This document shows positions 18,714 to 28,098 of a stretch of 64,000 nt of DNA, piece by piece. The stretch's first letter is position 1. Every line of letters begins with the position of its first letter. The stretch is from an uncultured Streptococcus sp. (GTDB lineage Bacteria; Bacillota; Bacilli; Lactobacillales; Streptococcaceae). The stretch lies in NCBI GenBank assembly GCA_963527735.1, contig CAURTM010000001.1, positions 11,815 to 75,814 of the forward strand, given 5' to 3'. The notes under the pieces were generated by a model. It saw only the letters and a list, made by a program, of their open reading frames with translations. It had not been told where the DNA came from and ran no database searches. Both the position numbers and the translations under genes were made by a program.

Positions 18714-19984
18714 ACAGTCATACCTCCTGACTTGAATAATACTGTATAGCAGAAATAACGCAGGGCGTCCATTGCATGGTCAAATTGCTTGATAGGCTTG
18801 TCCTCGCCATTCGCTGAGGCTTTCTCGTCCCAAACATAAGCATGGAACTCTTTCAACGTATTCACACAGCTCTCATGTACTGCTATTTTCTCTTGACCTA
18901 GCATAGACCCAACAAAACGAATACCTTCAAGGACATTATTTCTTGCTTTTTTGATTTTATATCCTCGCTTCTTCAATTCAGCAATGAATGAAGCAGCAGA
19001 CGGATCAATAATGATTCGTTCGATATTCGTATCTCCTAGCCAAGCAGTTAGATCATCAGCATACTCAGCATTGGTTTTCTGAACGTTCTCGTCACGACCT
19101 GAGTAATAATATTCCCTTGTTAAGTAATACTTGCCGTTGATGTCTTTTTCCCACAAAAGAAAAACGGTCGCATTCTGCGTACCGTAGTCGACCGAAACAT
19201 ATTTGCCCAGCTTGCTCATTTCTGGCAAAGTTGATACAACATGCTTATCCTTACTGAACATATCGTAGACAATACCTTCTGCAACCGTCCAAAGACCTTG
19301 GATATATCGCTGATAGAAAACACCTTGATATTGACTTCTATACCGCTTCTTGATGTTCTCTGAAAGAGAAAGGTTGTCGTCCATATCAAAATGTAGATAA
19401 AGCATATTCTTTGTTTCTGCTTTATCTATCCAGTTGACTTTAAACCAATGATAAGGCCCGTCTGGGTTGCAGTTGAACCACCACTTAGAGCCTGTCACAG
19501 AGCACCGCCCTGTGCCCTGGTTGACAAAGGACTCAGGCATAAGCGCTACTTCATCGAAAAAGATACCTGCCAGCGTTAAACCTTGAATAAGATCCTGTGA
19601 ACTTTCGTCCTTACCACCAAAGATATAAAAATCATTCGACACGTCACCTTTCGTTATTTCTATCAAGTTATCCGTCCGATGATAGACGTAGCTAAAACCT
19701 CTTGACTGTATCATAACCAACAACAGTTTCAGGACGTTACGATTGAAAGAGCCAATTGTCTTCCCACACATGGCAAAGTTCTGATGGTTGAATGATGTCA
19801 TCGCCCAGATAACGAAAGCTAGACTCATAGAGACAGTCTTGCCAGAACGGATAGCACCATCTGCGATAATACCCTCCGACTTATGAACTGGAGAGTTCCA
19901 AAGCCACCAACTTAGCACCTTATTCTGCTTTCTGCTAAAAGGTTGGAATTCGAATGTACTGGTCTTTATTTTTCTTCTCGCCAC
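18704..19984 (-). CDS. terL: Terminase large subunit (PBSX family)
   Basis: Walker A GAIRSGKT, Walker B FFDE, NCNPDGP, DHAMDALRY. Confidence 0.95.
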   Translation of the reverse strand: MARRKIKTSTFEFQPFSRKQNKVLSWWLWNSPVHKSEGIIADGAIRSGKTVSMSLAFVIWAMTSFNHQNFAMCGKTIGSFNRNVLKLLLVMIQSRGFSYVYHRTDNLIEITKGDVSNDFYIFGGKDESSQDLIQGLTLAGIFFDEVALMPESFVNQGTGRCSVTGSKWWFNCNPDGPYHWFKVNWIDKAETKNMLYLHFDMDDNLSLSENIKKRYRSQYQGVFYQRYIQGLWTVAEGIVYDMFSKDKHVVSTLPEMSKLGKYVSVDYGTQNATVFLLWEKDINGKYYLTREYYYSGRDENVQKTNAEYADDLTAWLGDTNIERIIIDPSAASFIAELKKRGYKIKKARNNVLEGIRFVGSMLGQEKIAVHESCVNTLKEFHAYVWDEKASANGEDKPIKQFDHAMDALRYFCYTVLFKSGGMTVWK

Positions 19985-20682
19985 GTTTCTTCGACTATCC
20001 CTTCTAATGCTTTGATAAAACCATCATCATGAACGTTCTCAGGCTCATTGTCAGGTAGTTTAGATTTCAGAATCTCAATTCTCAATCTCTGCTCCTCTGT
20101 AGCAAGGCTTGAGCGAGTCAATTCATCATATGTTTTAATCATATTTCTAAGTTCTGACTGTATTCTTGCAATTGCAGCTAAGGCCTTACCCTGCTTATCC
20201 CAAGCGGTGTGAACTTCATAGCTTTCTCCGCCTTTTGCTGTGCTTGCAATAAGCATAGTGGTTGTATCATCAACGTCCTGAACATACAGAATGCGCTGGG
20301 CATGTAAAAGATTAGCATAGGTCAACGTGATATTTTCCCAAAGAATGTCGATAGGCTGTTTTCCTGAAAGCTCTTGCGCTATCTCATACACCTCTTGAGG
20401 TAGATTCTTAGCAAACAGACCGTGTTTAAGGGCGTTTTGATTACCTATACTTCCACCTTTGCTATTCTTATTACCTTTCGGTGCTCCTCGCTTCCTTTTT
20501 GTAGTACTACATTCATCTTTTGAAGTACTACATTCACTCCATTTATCTCTTAACTTCCAAACTGAGATAGTTTTTTCAGGCACGCCCAACATGTCACCAA
20601 TCTTGCGGTTAGTGATGTTTCCGTTATTCTGCTTATAAATTTCAAAAGCTTTATCTCGGTTTGGGTCTCGTGCTCTGCCCAA
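19966..20682 (-). CDS. terS: Terminase small subunit
   Basis: RARDPNRDKAFE HTH, GAPKGNKN and GNQNALKHGLF motifs; TTG 20682 behind GGAGGT. Confidence 0.88.
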   Translation of the reverse strand: MGRARDPNRDKAFEIYKQNNGNITNRKIGDMLGVPEKTISVWKLRDKWSECSTSKDECSTTKRKRGAPKGNKNSKGGSIGNQNALKHGLFAKNLPQEVYEIAQELSGKQPIDILWENITLTYANLLHAQRILYVQDVDDTTTMLIASTAKGGESYEVHTAWDKQGKALAAIARIQSELRNMIKTYDELTRSSLATEEQRLRIEILKSKLPDNEPENVHDDGFIKALEGIVEETWREEK

Positions 20683-20774
20683 CCTATTACCTCCTATTTG
20701 TCCGTTTTGTAAATCAAAAAAGCCACACAATGTGCGACCTTTTCAAGACCTCTCACTGCGAATTAAAATCGCAA

Positions 20775-20853
20775 TTGGAACGACAGGATTCGAACCTGCC
20801 TACGTTTCAGACCCTTTATAGCCATATCGCTCCACCAACTGAGCTACGTTCCA
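20775..20853 (-). ncRNA. tRNA-like element (pseudo-tRNA), anticodon stem unpaired
   Basis: Acceptor TGGAACG/CGTTCCA, D arm GCTC-AGTTGGTG-GAGC, T arm GCAGG-TTCGAAT-CCTGT. Confidence 0.65.
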
Positions 20854-20925
20854 ACTGCAAGGCGACTACTACCTTGCGTGTTAATTAGAAATAAATTTTC
20901 TGATTTATTTTTTTGTAGTCATTAA

Positions 20926-20987
20926 CGGCGATGCCCGGAATCGAACCGAAGGAAACATAGGAGAGAAACCACTTACCTGTCACCGCC
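20926..20987 (-). ncRNA. Truncated tRNA-like element
   Basis: Acceptor GGCGGTG/CATCGCC, T arm TTCGG-TTCGATT-CCGGG; D/anticodon arms reduced. Confidence 0.55.
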
Positions 20988-21046
20988 AAAACGAGACCGA
21001 AGCCTCGAAAAAATATAATAAAAATAAAGGAGATGTCAATGAACGA

Positions 21047-21130
21047 AATAGAGGAAGGGACTCGAACCCTCAATGCCCTTTACGACACCCTGATTTCAGG
21101 TAACCATCTACCAAATTCTGAGACCTCTAT
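21047..21130 (-). ncRNA. Class II (long variable arm) tRNA-like element lacking an anticodon loop
   Basis: Acceptor ATAGAGG/CCTCTAT, D-loop-like AATTTGGTAGA, CCTGA-AA-TCAGG, variable arm GTGTC-GTAAAG-GGCAT, T arm GAGGG-TTCGAGT-CCCTT. Confidence 0.6.
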
Positions 21131-21185
21131 CTCTAATTATTGATAATACTATTCTACCATGTAAAATAAGCCATTTCCTAGCAAT

Positions 21186-21632
21186 TTACTTGCAAATATC
21201 TCCCAAAAATTTACGAAAGACAATCAGCTTACCTTTTCGATAGGCTTCCGCAAATTCCAAAGCACCTCTACTAAGCATGCGGTAGAACTCACTTTCAGAA
21301 TAGCCTAAGTCCATATAGATAGCCTTGTCCGATAATTGGATTTTCATATCCATGTACTTCTTTGCGATAACCTGCCGAACGTATGGATCCATGATGCAGT
21401 TTACTGCTCTCTCAATTTCCAAAACCTCTGCCTCTGCATCCACACGTTCTATTACCATATTCTCAGTAGCTGTGTTCTTACCAGTGAATGTCTTTGGTTC
21501 AAATGAGTAGGTCGTTGTGATCTTAGGCAAATACTCAGCGCCTGCCATTCGGACATACGAGCGATAACTCTCTAGAACGTCATATACATTTTTTTTGGTA
21601 AATTGCACGTCAACTCTTTTTAATAACCTCAC
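21186..21632 (-). CDS. ArpU-family late transcriptional activator
   Basis: PKITTTYS, DLGYSESEFYR...ALEFAEAY motifs; upstream of terS. Confidence 0.88.
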   Translation of the reverse strand: MRLLKRVDVQFTKKNVYDVLESYRSYVRMAGAEYLPKITTTYSFEPKTFTGKNTATENMVIERVDAEAEVLEIERAVNCIMDPYVRQVIAKKYMDMKIQLSDKAIYMDLGYSESEFYRMLSRGALEFAEAYRKGKLIVFRKFLGDICK

Positions 21633-21707
21633 AACATAGCTCCTTTATGATATAATATTTTTATTGGGTATATCACAAAGGAGTCAGCTGTGCTGGCTTT
21701 TTTTATT

Positions 21708-21839
21708 TTATTCTTTATTCGTAATCACACTACCTGCACCGTTAACAGTAACCCAGCCATGCTTCTCTCTGGCTTTCTTCAGGTCTTCCAGACCGTTTGC
21801 GTCTTGGTAGTGGCTTGGTTTGTTTATGTTGTCTGTCAT
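21708..21839 (-). pseudogene. 43-aa chimeric remnant (DUF3310-like fragments fused to another gene's C-terminus)
   Basis: Manual translation MTDNINKPSHYQDANGLEDLKKAREKHGWVTVNGAGSVITNKE. Confidence 0.45.
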
Positions 21840-21840
21840 G

Positions 21841-22365
21841 TTAACTCCTCCTCATAAAAATCATATCATTCAAATTCCTCCAAGCGAGATTGTTACTTTG
21901 ATTTCTAAACTCTTGCTTTTTGTAAGGAATCTGATGTTTGTTCAAGTAGTAATATACCTGATTGTAATGTAGTCCTAATTTTTGTGCGATATCTTTCACA
22001 GCCATACCTTGATTGGCTAGTGAAACTACATCTTTGTGGAATATAGTCAAGTCTAAAATTTTTCGTTTTCCTAATTTTCGGACGCGGCCTCGAATGGCTT
22101 TCTCACTACGTCCTAAGATACGAGCCAAGGTCTTGTACGAAAAGCGTTGGTAGTATTTCAGGATATAGCTATCATCTGCGTCTGACCATTTGGGCTTAAA
22201 TTGCAAGTTAGGATTGTGTTTCTGGAGTTTGGCTAATTTTGACCGAACTGCTTTGTAACTTCTATCCAAAAACTTGCAAGCCTGTGTTAAATCATGCTCT
22301 TCTCTGGACAAGACGTACCACTCCAAATAATCAACCTCGTCTTCCGTCCATCTACGTCCTCCCAT
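21841..22365 (-). CDS. Myb/HTH-repeat DNA-binding protein
   Basis: RRWTEDEVDYL and KWSDADDSYI repeats, C-terminal HTH. Confidence 0.7.
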   Translation of the reverse strand: MGGRRWTEDEVDYLEWYVLSREEHDLTQACKFLDRSYKAVRSKLAKLQKHNPNLQFKPKWSDADDSYILKYYQRFSYKTLARILGRSEKAIRGRVRKLGKRKILDLTIFHKDVVSLANQGMAVKDIAQKLGLHYNQVYYYLNKHQIPYKKQEFRNQSNNLAWRNLNDMIFMRRS

Positions 22366-22531
22366 AATGTCTACTTACTCCATGCAAATAATACGTTCCA
22401 TCTTTGCGCTTATTCACGTAATATGTGTACTGCCCATCTGGACTAGCGTAAGAAATCTGCTTCTCTCCTGCCCAACAACCGTTATCACGCATCATGTGGC
22501 AATTTTCCATAATCCATTCTACATCAGGCAT
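22352..22531 (-). CDS. Small 59-aa phage protein (not in ORF track)
   Basis: Manual translation MPDVEWIMENCHMMRDNGCWAGEKQISYASPDGQYTYYVNKRKDGTYYLHGVSRHYGRT; AAGGAG RBS. Confidence 0.6.
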   Translation of the reverse strand: MPDVEWIMENCHMMRDNGCWAGEKQISYASPDGQYTYYVNKRKDGTYYLHGVSRHYGRT

Positions 22532-22922
22532 CTAGCAACTCCTTGTTTTCGTATACATTCCCCACAATTTCGCAATCAGTATGTCGTAACCACAACTCAC
22601 ATCCGTGTTGTTTAGATTCAAGACGATACGCTCCGCCTTGATGCCTTACAACTTCGTAATAAGTCGGTTCGGAATAGACATCCTTAGACATTTTGACGAT
22701 ATCCCCCTCAAAGATTTCCTTGCCGTTTTTATCCTTGAGTCCTGTTGATTGCATGAGAATAGCATTCCCTATCTCAACTTCAAACACTTCCTCTTCTACT
22801 GGAAAGCCGTCTTCCCAATAAAATTTTTTTAAAACAACGGTCTCATTTTCAAAATCAATACCTTTAAGGTCATTCGTCATGGTATCTGCCTCTGAAATCC
22901 ACGCTCTATATCTTGGTATCAT
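22524..22922 (-). CDS. YopX family protein
   Basis: PRYRAW, LMQSTGLKDKNGKEIFEGDIV, EIVGNVYENKELL. Confidence 0.92.
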   Translation of the reverse strand: MIPRYRAWISEADTMTNDLKGIDFENETVVLKKFYWEDGFPVEEEVFEVEIGNAILMQSTGLKDKNGKEIFEGDIVKMSKDVYSEPTYYEVVRHQGGAYRLESKQHGCELWLRHTDCEIVGNVYENKELLDA

Positions 22923-23234
22923 GCAAATCCTCCTCTTTGACAAACGAGCTGTCTACCATCTTGCCTTTACGGTCTTTAATCTCATTCCATGCCATCTGGA
23001 AGCACTCAGCGATGACCAACCTTTCTGCTGACAGTAGATGGTCAGCACTACCAAAATATCACCTACGGCATCCTTGCCCTCATCATCTCGCTTCTTGAGA
23101 TGTGCCTGCGCCAGTTCGCCTGCTTCTTCAAATAACTTCAACGCTTGAGCCGTGCTATTGTCAGGATTGTCTAATCCTCTATCTTTCGCCCAATGCTCAA
23201 CATGATGCGCTAATAATTCCATGTTTGTTGTCAT
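22906..23234 (-). pseudogene. MazG-like nucleotide pyrophosphohydrolase, frameshifted near 23014
   Basis: KLFEEAGELA...DAVGD motif; family C-terminus AWNEIKDRKGKMVDSSFVKEEDL lies in another frame. Confidence 0.75.
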
Positions 23235-23257
23235 AGTAATACCTCTTTTCTATTTAT

Positions 23258-23806
23258 TTAAAACTGTCCTATTTCCCTCAGTTCTGCATAGTCGTTTAAA
23301 ATTCCTCGCAACTCTTCTGGTTCTACTTGAAACTCTTTGAACCAACTGCCGCTAGGTGAAATGTGCATCTGCTTCATATCTACAAAATCCATCGGAATCA
23401 AAAGACAATAAGGACTGTCAATGCCTGCACCTTGCTCTCTTTCCAAAAATGCAACTATGAAATCTTGCTCACCTTTGCACCTAATCCCCCAATGATTTGA
23501 CTTTTCGCCAGAATATAACGAACTATATTTCACATCAATCGTCATATTTTTGAAAACAAAATCATAGACAGGGTTATTTTTCTTGAAAAGCGCATTGGCA
23601 TCAACTGCATCAGGTACTAAAGTCTGAAACAACTGTTCTGCTCGCCCACCCAACTTAGCTCCTTTACTGCCGAATTGGATCTTATCAGCAATCTTCAAAA
23701 CACCAGCTTTTCGTAACTTTATATGTGCAATGTGCATTGGCAGACCGCTCAAGCGTACAGCTGTTCTAAAATCTCCATGCTCCAGATATAAATCTACAAT
23801 ATCCAT
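23258..23806 (-). CDS. Hypothetical protein, possible PD-(D/E)XK nuclease fold
   Basis: E...YDFVF...IDVKYS motif. Confidence 0.5.
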   Translation of the reverse strand: MDIVDLYLEHGDFRTAVRLSGLPMHIAHIKLRKAGVLKIADKIQFGSKGAKLGGRAEQLFQTLVPDAVDANALFKKNNPVYDFVFKNMTIDVKYSSLYSGEKSNHWGIRCKGEQDFIVAFLEREQGAGIDSPYCLLIPMDFVDMKQMHISPSGSWFKEFQVEPEELRGILNDYAELREIGQF

Positions 23807-24132
23807 TACAACTCCTTTAAAATATTTTCAACATATCCAGTCTGCAAGCCATGTTCCTTCCAGATTTTGAAAATCATATCTACGAAAGTCGGATTGTTAA
23901 AACTATTCAAGTCATGTATGACTTGCAAAGCCGTATATGCCTTAAAATTCTCTAAACAAAACCAGATACTTTTAAAAGATTTGAAAGTCGCTTGCCAGTA
24001 GATGAATAGATCATCATCTACCACATAAGCGTCTGCACGTTTATAATGCATCGTGTCCAGTTTGACACGTTCATCTGGCTTCAAACCTTTCAAAATCGTC
24101 GGTCGTTTTGGTAATTCAACAGCAATCTTCAC
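23806..24132 (-). CDS. Hypothetical phage protein
   Basis: Coupled ORF in early operon. Confidence 0.6.
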   Translation of the reverse strand: MKIAVELPKRPTILKGLKPDERVKLDTMHYKRADAYVVDDDLFIYWQATFKSFKSIWFCLENFKAYTALQVIHDLNSFNNPTFVDMIFKIWKEHGLQTGYVENILKEL

Positions 24133-24389
24133 AACATTACTTCATCTCCAACTTTCACTTTATCCCACTGCTCCTTCGTAACCACGAACACCCCGTAATC
24201 ACGAACGGTTAGCGTGTATAGCTTGCCGTGTCGACCTTTCTCGATGACTCTTCCTTTGATTTCTGCGCCTTGATTATCAGCTTTATAGACGATAATTGGG
24301 CGCTTTTCTTCTAGTTTTTTAATATGGATACTCTGCCAGATATTCAATCCAGCAGACAATAATATCCATATTGCGATAAATCTTCTCAA
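24129..24389 (-). CDS. DUF1372-like phage protein
   Basis: TM N-terminus, YKADNQGAEIKG, YGVFVVTKEQW motifs. Confidence 0.8.
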   Translation of the reverse strand: MRRFIAIWILLSAGLNIWQSIHIKKLEEKRPIIVYKADNQGAEIKGRVIEKGRHGKLYTLTVRDYGVFVVTKEQWDKVKVGDEVML

Positions 24390-24775
24390 TCTGTGACCTC
24401 CTTATAAAGTAAATCCATATCAAAACCACTCTCGATAAATCTGTGTGTGAGTTCTTTGTTAATTCCATTTCCTAAGTGATTATAAACCACATCTACATTA
24501 ATATTTGAACCTAAATATTTTTCTAAACGTGTGCGATTATCTACATAAAAGTCGATATTTCGCTTTTGTTGTTGATAAGGTCTAGCTTTGGATATATCCC
24601 TAGTACACCACATTAGTACCTTTGAAATGACATCATTCTTTGTCAAACAATCTCTTAAAGAAAAGTATGTATTTGTTTTTGGGATGAGAATAAGTTCTAA
24701 TTGTCTGTTTATAAATGAGTCGGGAAAATAACTCATAAGCTTTTTCAATTCTTCAAAGACTTCATTATTCATCAC
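24386..24775 (-). CDS. Hypothetical phage protein
   Basis: ELILIPKTNTYF, HLGNGINKELT; coupled ORF. Confidence 0.65.
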   Translation of the reverse strand: MMNNEVFEELKKLMSYFPDSFINRQLELILIPKTNTYFSLRDCLTKNDVISKVLMWCTRDISKARPYQQQKRNIDFYVDNRTRLEKYLGSNINVDVVYNHLGNGINKELTHRFIESGFDMDLLYKEVTD

Positions 24776-25032
24776 TCAACCTCATTTCTCAATTCAAAAT
24801 CAATCCCATACATAAGCAGACAACTTTGAAAATCAACAAATTCTTCAACCGCTTCAGCTTCTTGAAAGTCGTAATTCTCGACTGAAACCAAGAAATCATC
24901 AATATCATTTCTTTGGACACTTCCGTATTCTGTCTTTGTATGTTCCATAGCTGTTTCATAGCCATCTACATCAATTGTGTAGCGTATTCTGCCACCTGAA
25001 TAATCATATTTGTAATTCTTAATAATCATCAC
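24772..25032 (-). CDS. Hypothetical phage protein
   Basis: Coupled ORF. Confidence 0.6.
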   Translation of the reverse strand: MMIIKNYKYDYSGGRIRYTIDVDGYETAMEHTKTEYGSVQRNDIDDFLVSVENYDFQEAEAVEEFVDFQSCLLMYGIDFELRNEVE

Positions 25033-25517
25033 TCCACCTCCTCAACTTCAATCCCCTCACAATCGAACACCCAGCCGAACCCAGCTTCTTCAAGTTCTTT
25101 GCGGGTAAGTTTAGAATATGCTCTGCAACTGTAGAAAAAAATAGCATTCTCATCAGGATTACTCATAATGTACTGATTAGATGCTTTAATCTTAACCAGA
25201 TACCTCTTCTCTTCATCGACCTCGTAGCCGAATTGGTGCATGTTGACAAGGGTTTGAATAGGATTGTTATCTTCATCGCCTAACCATATTCCAAACATTT
25301 CTGACATGTCTATGTTTTCCTCGTCGAACTCTGTCAAGAACATCCAAAGATTTAGCTCAAATTCATCCTTATTCTCTTCATACCAATCAGCCACAAACTG
25401 CTTTACTTTAACCGGTTGCGGTTCGTCTAGTTGTTTGACTAATTCTAAAACAAATTCCGCTTTTAAGTATGGTTCATCTAATTTTTTAATTCTCTCAATC
25501 AATTCCTGCTTATTCAT
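25029..25517 (-). CDS. DUF1642-like phage protein
   Basis: QFVADWYEE, FGYEV, TRKELEEAGFGWVFDCEGIEVEEV. Confidence 0.8.
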   Translation of the reverse strand: MNKQELIERIKKLDEPYLKAEFVLELVKQLDEPQPVKVKQFVADWYEENKDEFELNLWMFLTEFDEENIDMSEMFGIWLGDEDNNPIQTLVNMHQFGYEVDEEKRYLVKIKASNQYIMSNPDENAIFFYSCRAYSKLTRKELEEAGFGWVFDCEGIEVEEVE

Positions 25518-25791
25518 CTTCCAACTCCTTTATTTCTACTCCTAATTCAACAAGTTCTTGTTTCAGCGTTTCGATTCGTTTCTGGATAACTTCTGTAATC
25601 ATACCTGACAATGTCGCATCTACTTCAATTTTTTCTGAGTACATTCCATGAGCCGTACCAAGAATATAATTAACTTCTTTCTTCGTGATACTAAGTTTAT
25701 CCCAACAAATACGTTTAGTTCTTAGAAAGGATTCGTAATCATTAATCAATTGGTTGATGTTTCTAACTTTGTTTAAGTCTTTAAGCTTCAT
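25510..25791 (-). CDS. Hypothetical phage protein
   Basis: Coupled ORF. Confidence 0.6.
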   Translation of the reverse strand: MKLKDLNKVRNINQLINDYESFLRTKRICWDKLSITKKEVNYILGTAHGMYSEKIEVDATLSGMITEVIQKRIETLKQELVELGVEIKELEDE

Positions 25792-25802
25792 CTTCTAACT
25801 CC

Positions 25803-26318
25803 TCAACTCACCTTGTGACTTTCCAGATTTCCAAATTCTTGGCCGTGGTTTACAAAATATGAACCAATCAGGATTGCATCTGCTTCGTCATCTTTGACAT
25901 TCAGGTCGAATTCATCAGACACCTTAGCAACTGCCTGCAGCTTCATTGATTTTTTACTTCGGTCCTTGTAACTAAACTTCCAGTACTTTCGCCATGTCGA
26001 CACGTTCACGAAGTACACATTGTCAGCAATCAGTCGGCCAAGAATGATACCTGTAACAATTCCAATACTGATCATGGACTGCTGATTTGGCCCCATGACT
26101 GAGTTCTTCTCGACCACAATTGACTCAAACGGCTCATTGTATTTCTGTAAAGTTCTTGATTGAATCGCTCTTAATTCACTAGCCATGAACCGCCCACGTT
26201 CAAAAAACGACTTGCTTTTATGCTTTAAGACACCACTCTGGACAAGGTCAGAGCCGTGAAATACGGCCCAACCTGTCGCAGTAGTTGAAATGTCTAGTGA
26301 TAATGTCAGATTTTTCAT
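25803..26318 (-). CDS. RuvC-like Holliday junction resolvase
   Basis: LSLDISTTATGWA, IVVE, DDEADAILIG acidic motifs. Confidence 0.82.
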   Translation of the reverse strand: MKNLTLSLDISTTATGWAVFHGSDLVQSGVLKHKSKSFFERGRFMASELRAIQSRTLQKYNEPFESIVVEKNSVMGPNQQSMISIGIVTGIILGRLIADNVYFVNVSTWRKYWKFSYKDRSKKSMKLQAVAKVSDEFDLNVKDDEADAILIGSYFVNHGQEFGNLESHKVS

Positions 26319-27397
26319 TGTAGCTCCTTTGCTATTTCAGCAATGACATTGACTGTCACACTGTTTCCTGCTTGCTTGTATAATTGACTGTTAGAGTTGA
26401 CCTCTTGCGCTTTATCAAATGCCCAGTCTGGAAAACCTTGTAACCTCCAGCATTCACGAGGCGTTAGCTTTCTAATCCTAAATCCATCTGATAAATGATT
26501 GTTTTCGTGATAGCTATTGCTAGTTATAGTAGGAGCGATGTCATGCTCTCCGCCTTGATTATAACCATGACCACGTTGGATGATTTTAGGCTCAAGACCT
26601 CCACCTTGATATGCTCTGATTGTTGGTGCGATGCCATCTGTTTCGTAAACCACTCCACATTGATTAAAATTGGGTTGCAATACCCCAAATTGTTTTATAG
26701 TATTACTTTTTATTGCTATCTTTTGCCCCTCTCCCTTATTCGTTGTGAGAGTAGGAGCTAGGCCGTCAGCTTGATAGACTTCTCCATTCATGCCGATACC
26801 AGATGGGTTGACATTACCGATTTTCATGACTGATTGGCTACTAGTTGACTGACTTTCTCCGCCGAGAGGAAAAATTCTTCTGGTACGTTCTCCTCTAAGA
26901 TGTCCGATAATGAACACACGCTCCCGATTTTGGGGGACTCCAAAATCCTTGCTGTTAAGCACTTGCCATTCCACATCGTACCCCAGCTCATCCAAGGTTG
27001 AGATAATGGTCGCGAATGTAATTCCGTTTTCGTGATTGAGGAGCCCTCTGACATTCTCAAGGAATAGATATCGAGGTCTGAGAATAGATGCGAACCTAGC
27101 AATTTCAAAGAACAAAGTTCCTCGTGTATCTTCAAAACCTCGTCTGTTTCCTGCAATTGAGAAAGCCTGACACGGAAATCCTCCACAGATAATGTCCACA
27201 CGTCCGATTCCTCGAATAGATTCATCTGATACTGCTGTGATGTCATGTAATTCTATTTCTCCCTTCGTATTGTGTATAGCTTTATAACTAGCTCTAGCGA
27301 ATTTGTCAATCTCACAAAAGCCGATACATTTATGGCCGGCAGACTCCATTCCAAGACGGAACCCACCGACGCCAGCAAATAGATCAAGAAATTTCAT
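26315..27397 (-). CDS. DNA (cytosine-5) methyltransferase
   Basis: FAGVGG, GFPCQ, ENV, QNRERVF, LTPRECWRLQGF, GNSV motifs. Confidence 0.95.
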   Translation of the reverse strand: MKFLDLFAGVGGFRLGMESAGHKCIGFCEIDKFARASYKAIHNTKGEIELHDITAVSDESIRGIGRVDIICGGFPCQAFSIAGNRRGFEDTRGTLFFEIARFASILRPRYLFLENVRGLLNHENGITFATIISTLDELGYDVEWQVLNSKDFGVPQNRERVFIIGHLRGERTRRIFPLGGESQSTSSQSVMKIGNVNPSGIGMNGEVYQADGLAPTLTTNKGEGQKIAIKSNTIKQFGVLQPNFNQCGVVYETDGIAPTIRAYQGGGLEPKIIQRGHGYNQGGEHDIAPTITSNSYHENNHLSDGFRIRKLTPRECWRLQGFPDWAFDKAQEVNSNSQLYKQAGNSVTVNVIAEIAKELQ

Positions 27398-27566
27398 CTG
27401 TTTATCTAAAAAAATGCGACTGCCTTTGTGAGAATTGGCTAAATACGGGCAGTCGCTCGTCCAAGGTCACATGACCTTTACTGACGTTTTCTAGTTCGCA
27501 GTTTTACAAGAATGCACGGCTTGTTGATTTTTGAGTTGTTTCCATTTTGGAAACAGTTGGTTTTGG

Positions 27567-28082
27567 TTATTTTGATTCTTCAATAGCAAACATATCCTCG
27601 AATTCATCTGTCTGCTCTTTAAATTTCATCGGGCTGTCCCCTCTGAAATAAAATCCATTTTCATCCAATTCCCCTTTAACTCCTGTCGCCCAAGACAAGA
27701 AAATTGAGCCTTGGCAGTCAGGGCAATTCATGAATTTAAAGTAAGATGGGACTTTCCACCGCTTCGCACATCTGCAAAACGGGCATTGCAAATCAACATC
27801 TACTTTCTCGCTTGGTTTCTGAGAAACCGCTGGACTTCCGCTAAATTTTGCTGACAATCTATCTGTGGCTTCTTTGATATTGACAGGATCGATTTCAGCT
27901 ATTTTTTCAGCATCATTTTTTAAAACGGTCCCTGCATTCTCAGGCTCTTTCCGACTCAAATCCTCAAGGATTTCATCAGACCCTGTGACCATCTGATAGG
28001 CCTTGAATAAGGTTTTATAATCAAGTTCCTGCGCTCTCTCAAAGCTCAATTTTATGTCATCTTGTTCAATATAAATTTTCAT
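27567..28082 (-). CDS. Hypothetical protein with Zn-ribbon
   Basis: CPFC...CPDC. Confidence 0.65.
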   Translation of the reverse strand: MKIYIEQDDIKLSFERAQELDYKTLFKAYQMVTGSDEILEDLSRKEPENAGTVLKNDAEKIAEIDPVNIKEATDRLSAKFSGSPAVSQKPSEKVDVDLQCPFCRCAKRWKVPSYFKFMNCPDCQGSIFLSWATGVKGELDENGFYFRGDSPMKFKEQTDEFEDMFAIEESK

Positions 28083-28098
28083 TCTTTCCTCGCTTTTT

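Noticed and set aside
20775..21130. Functional decoding tRNA genes
   Set aside because: Anticodon arms cannot form canonical 5-bp stem/7-nt loop structures, so no isotype is assigned.
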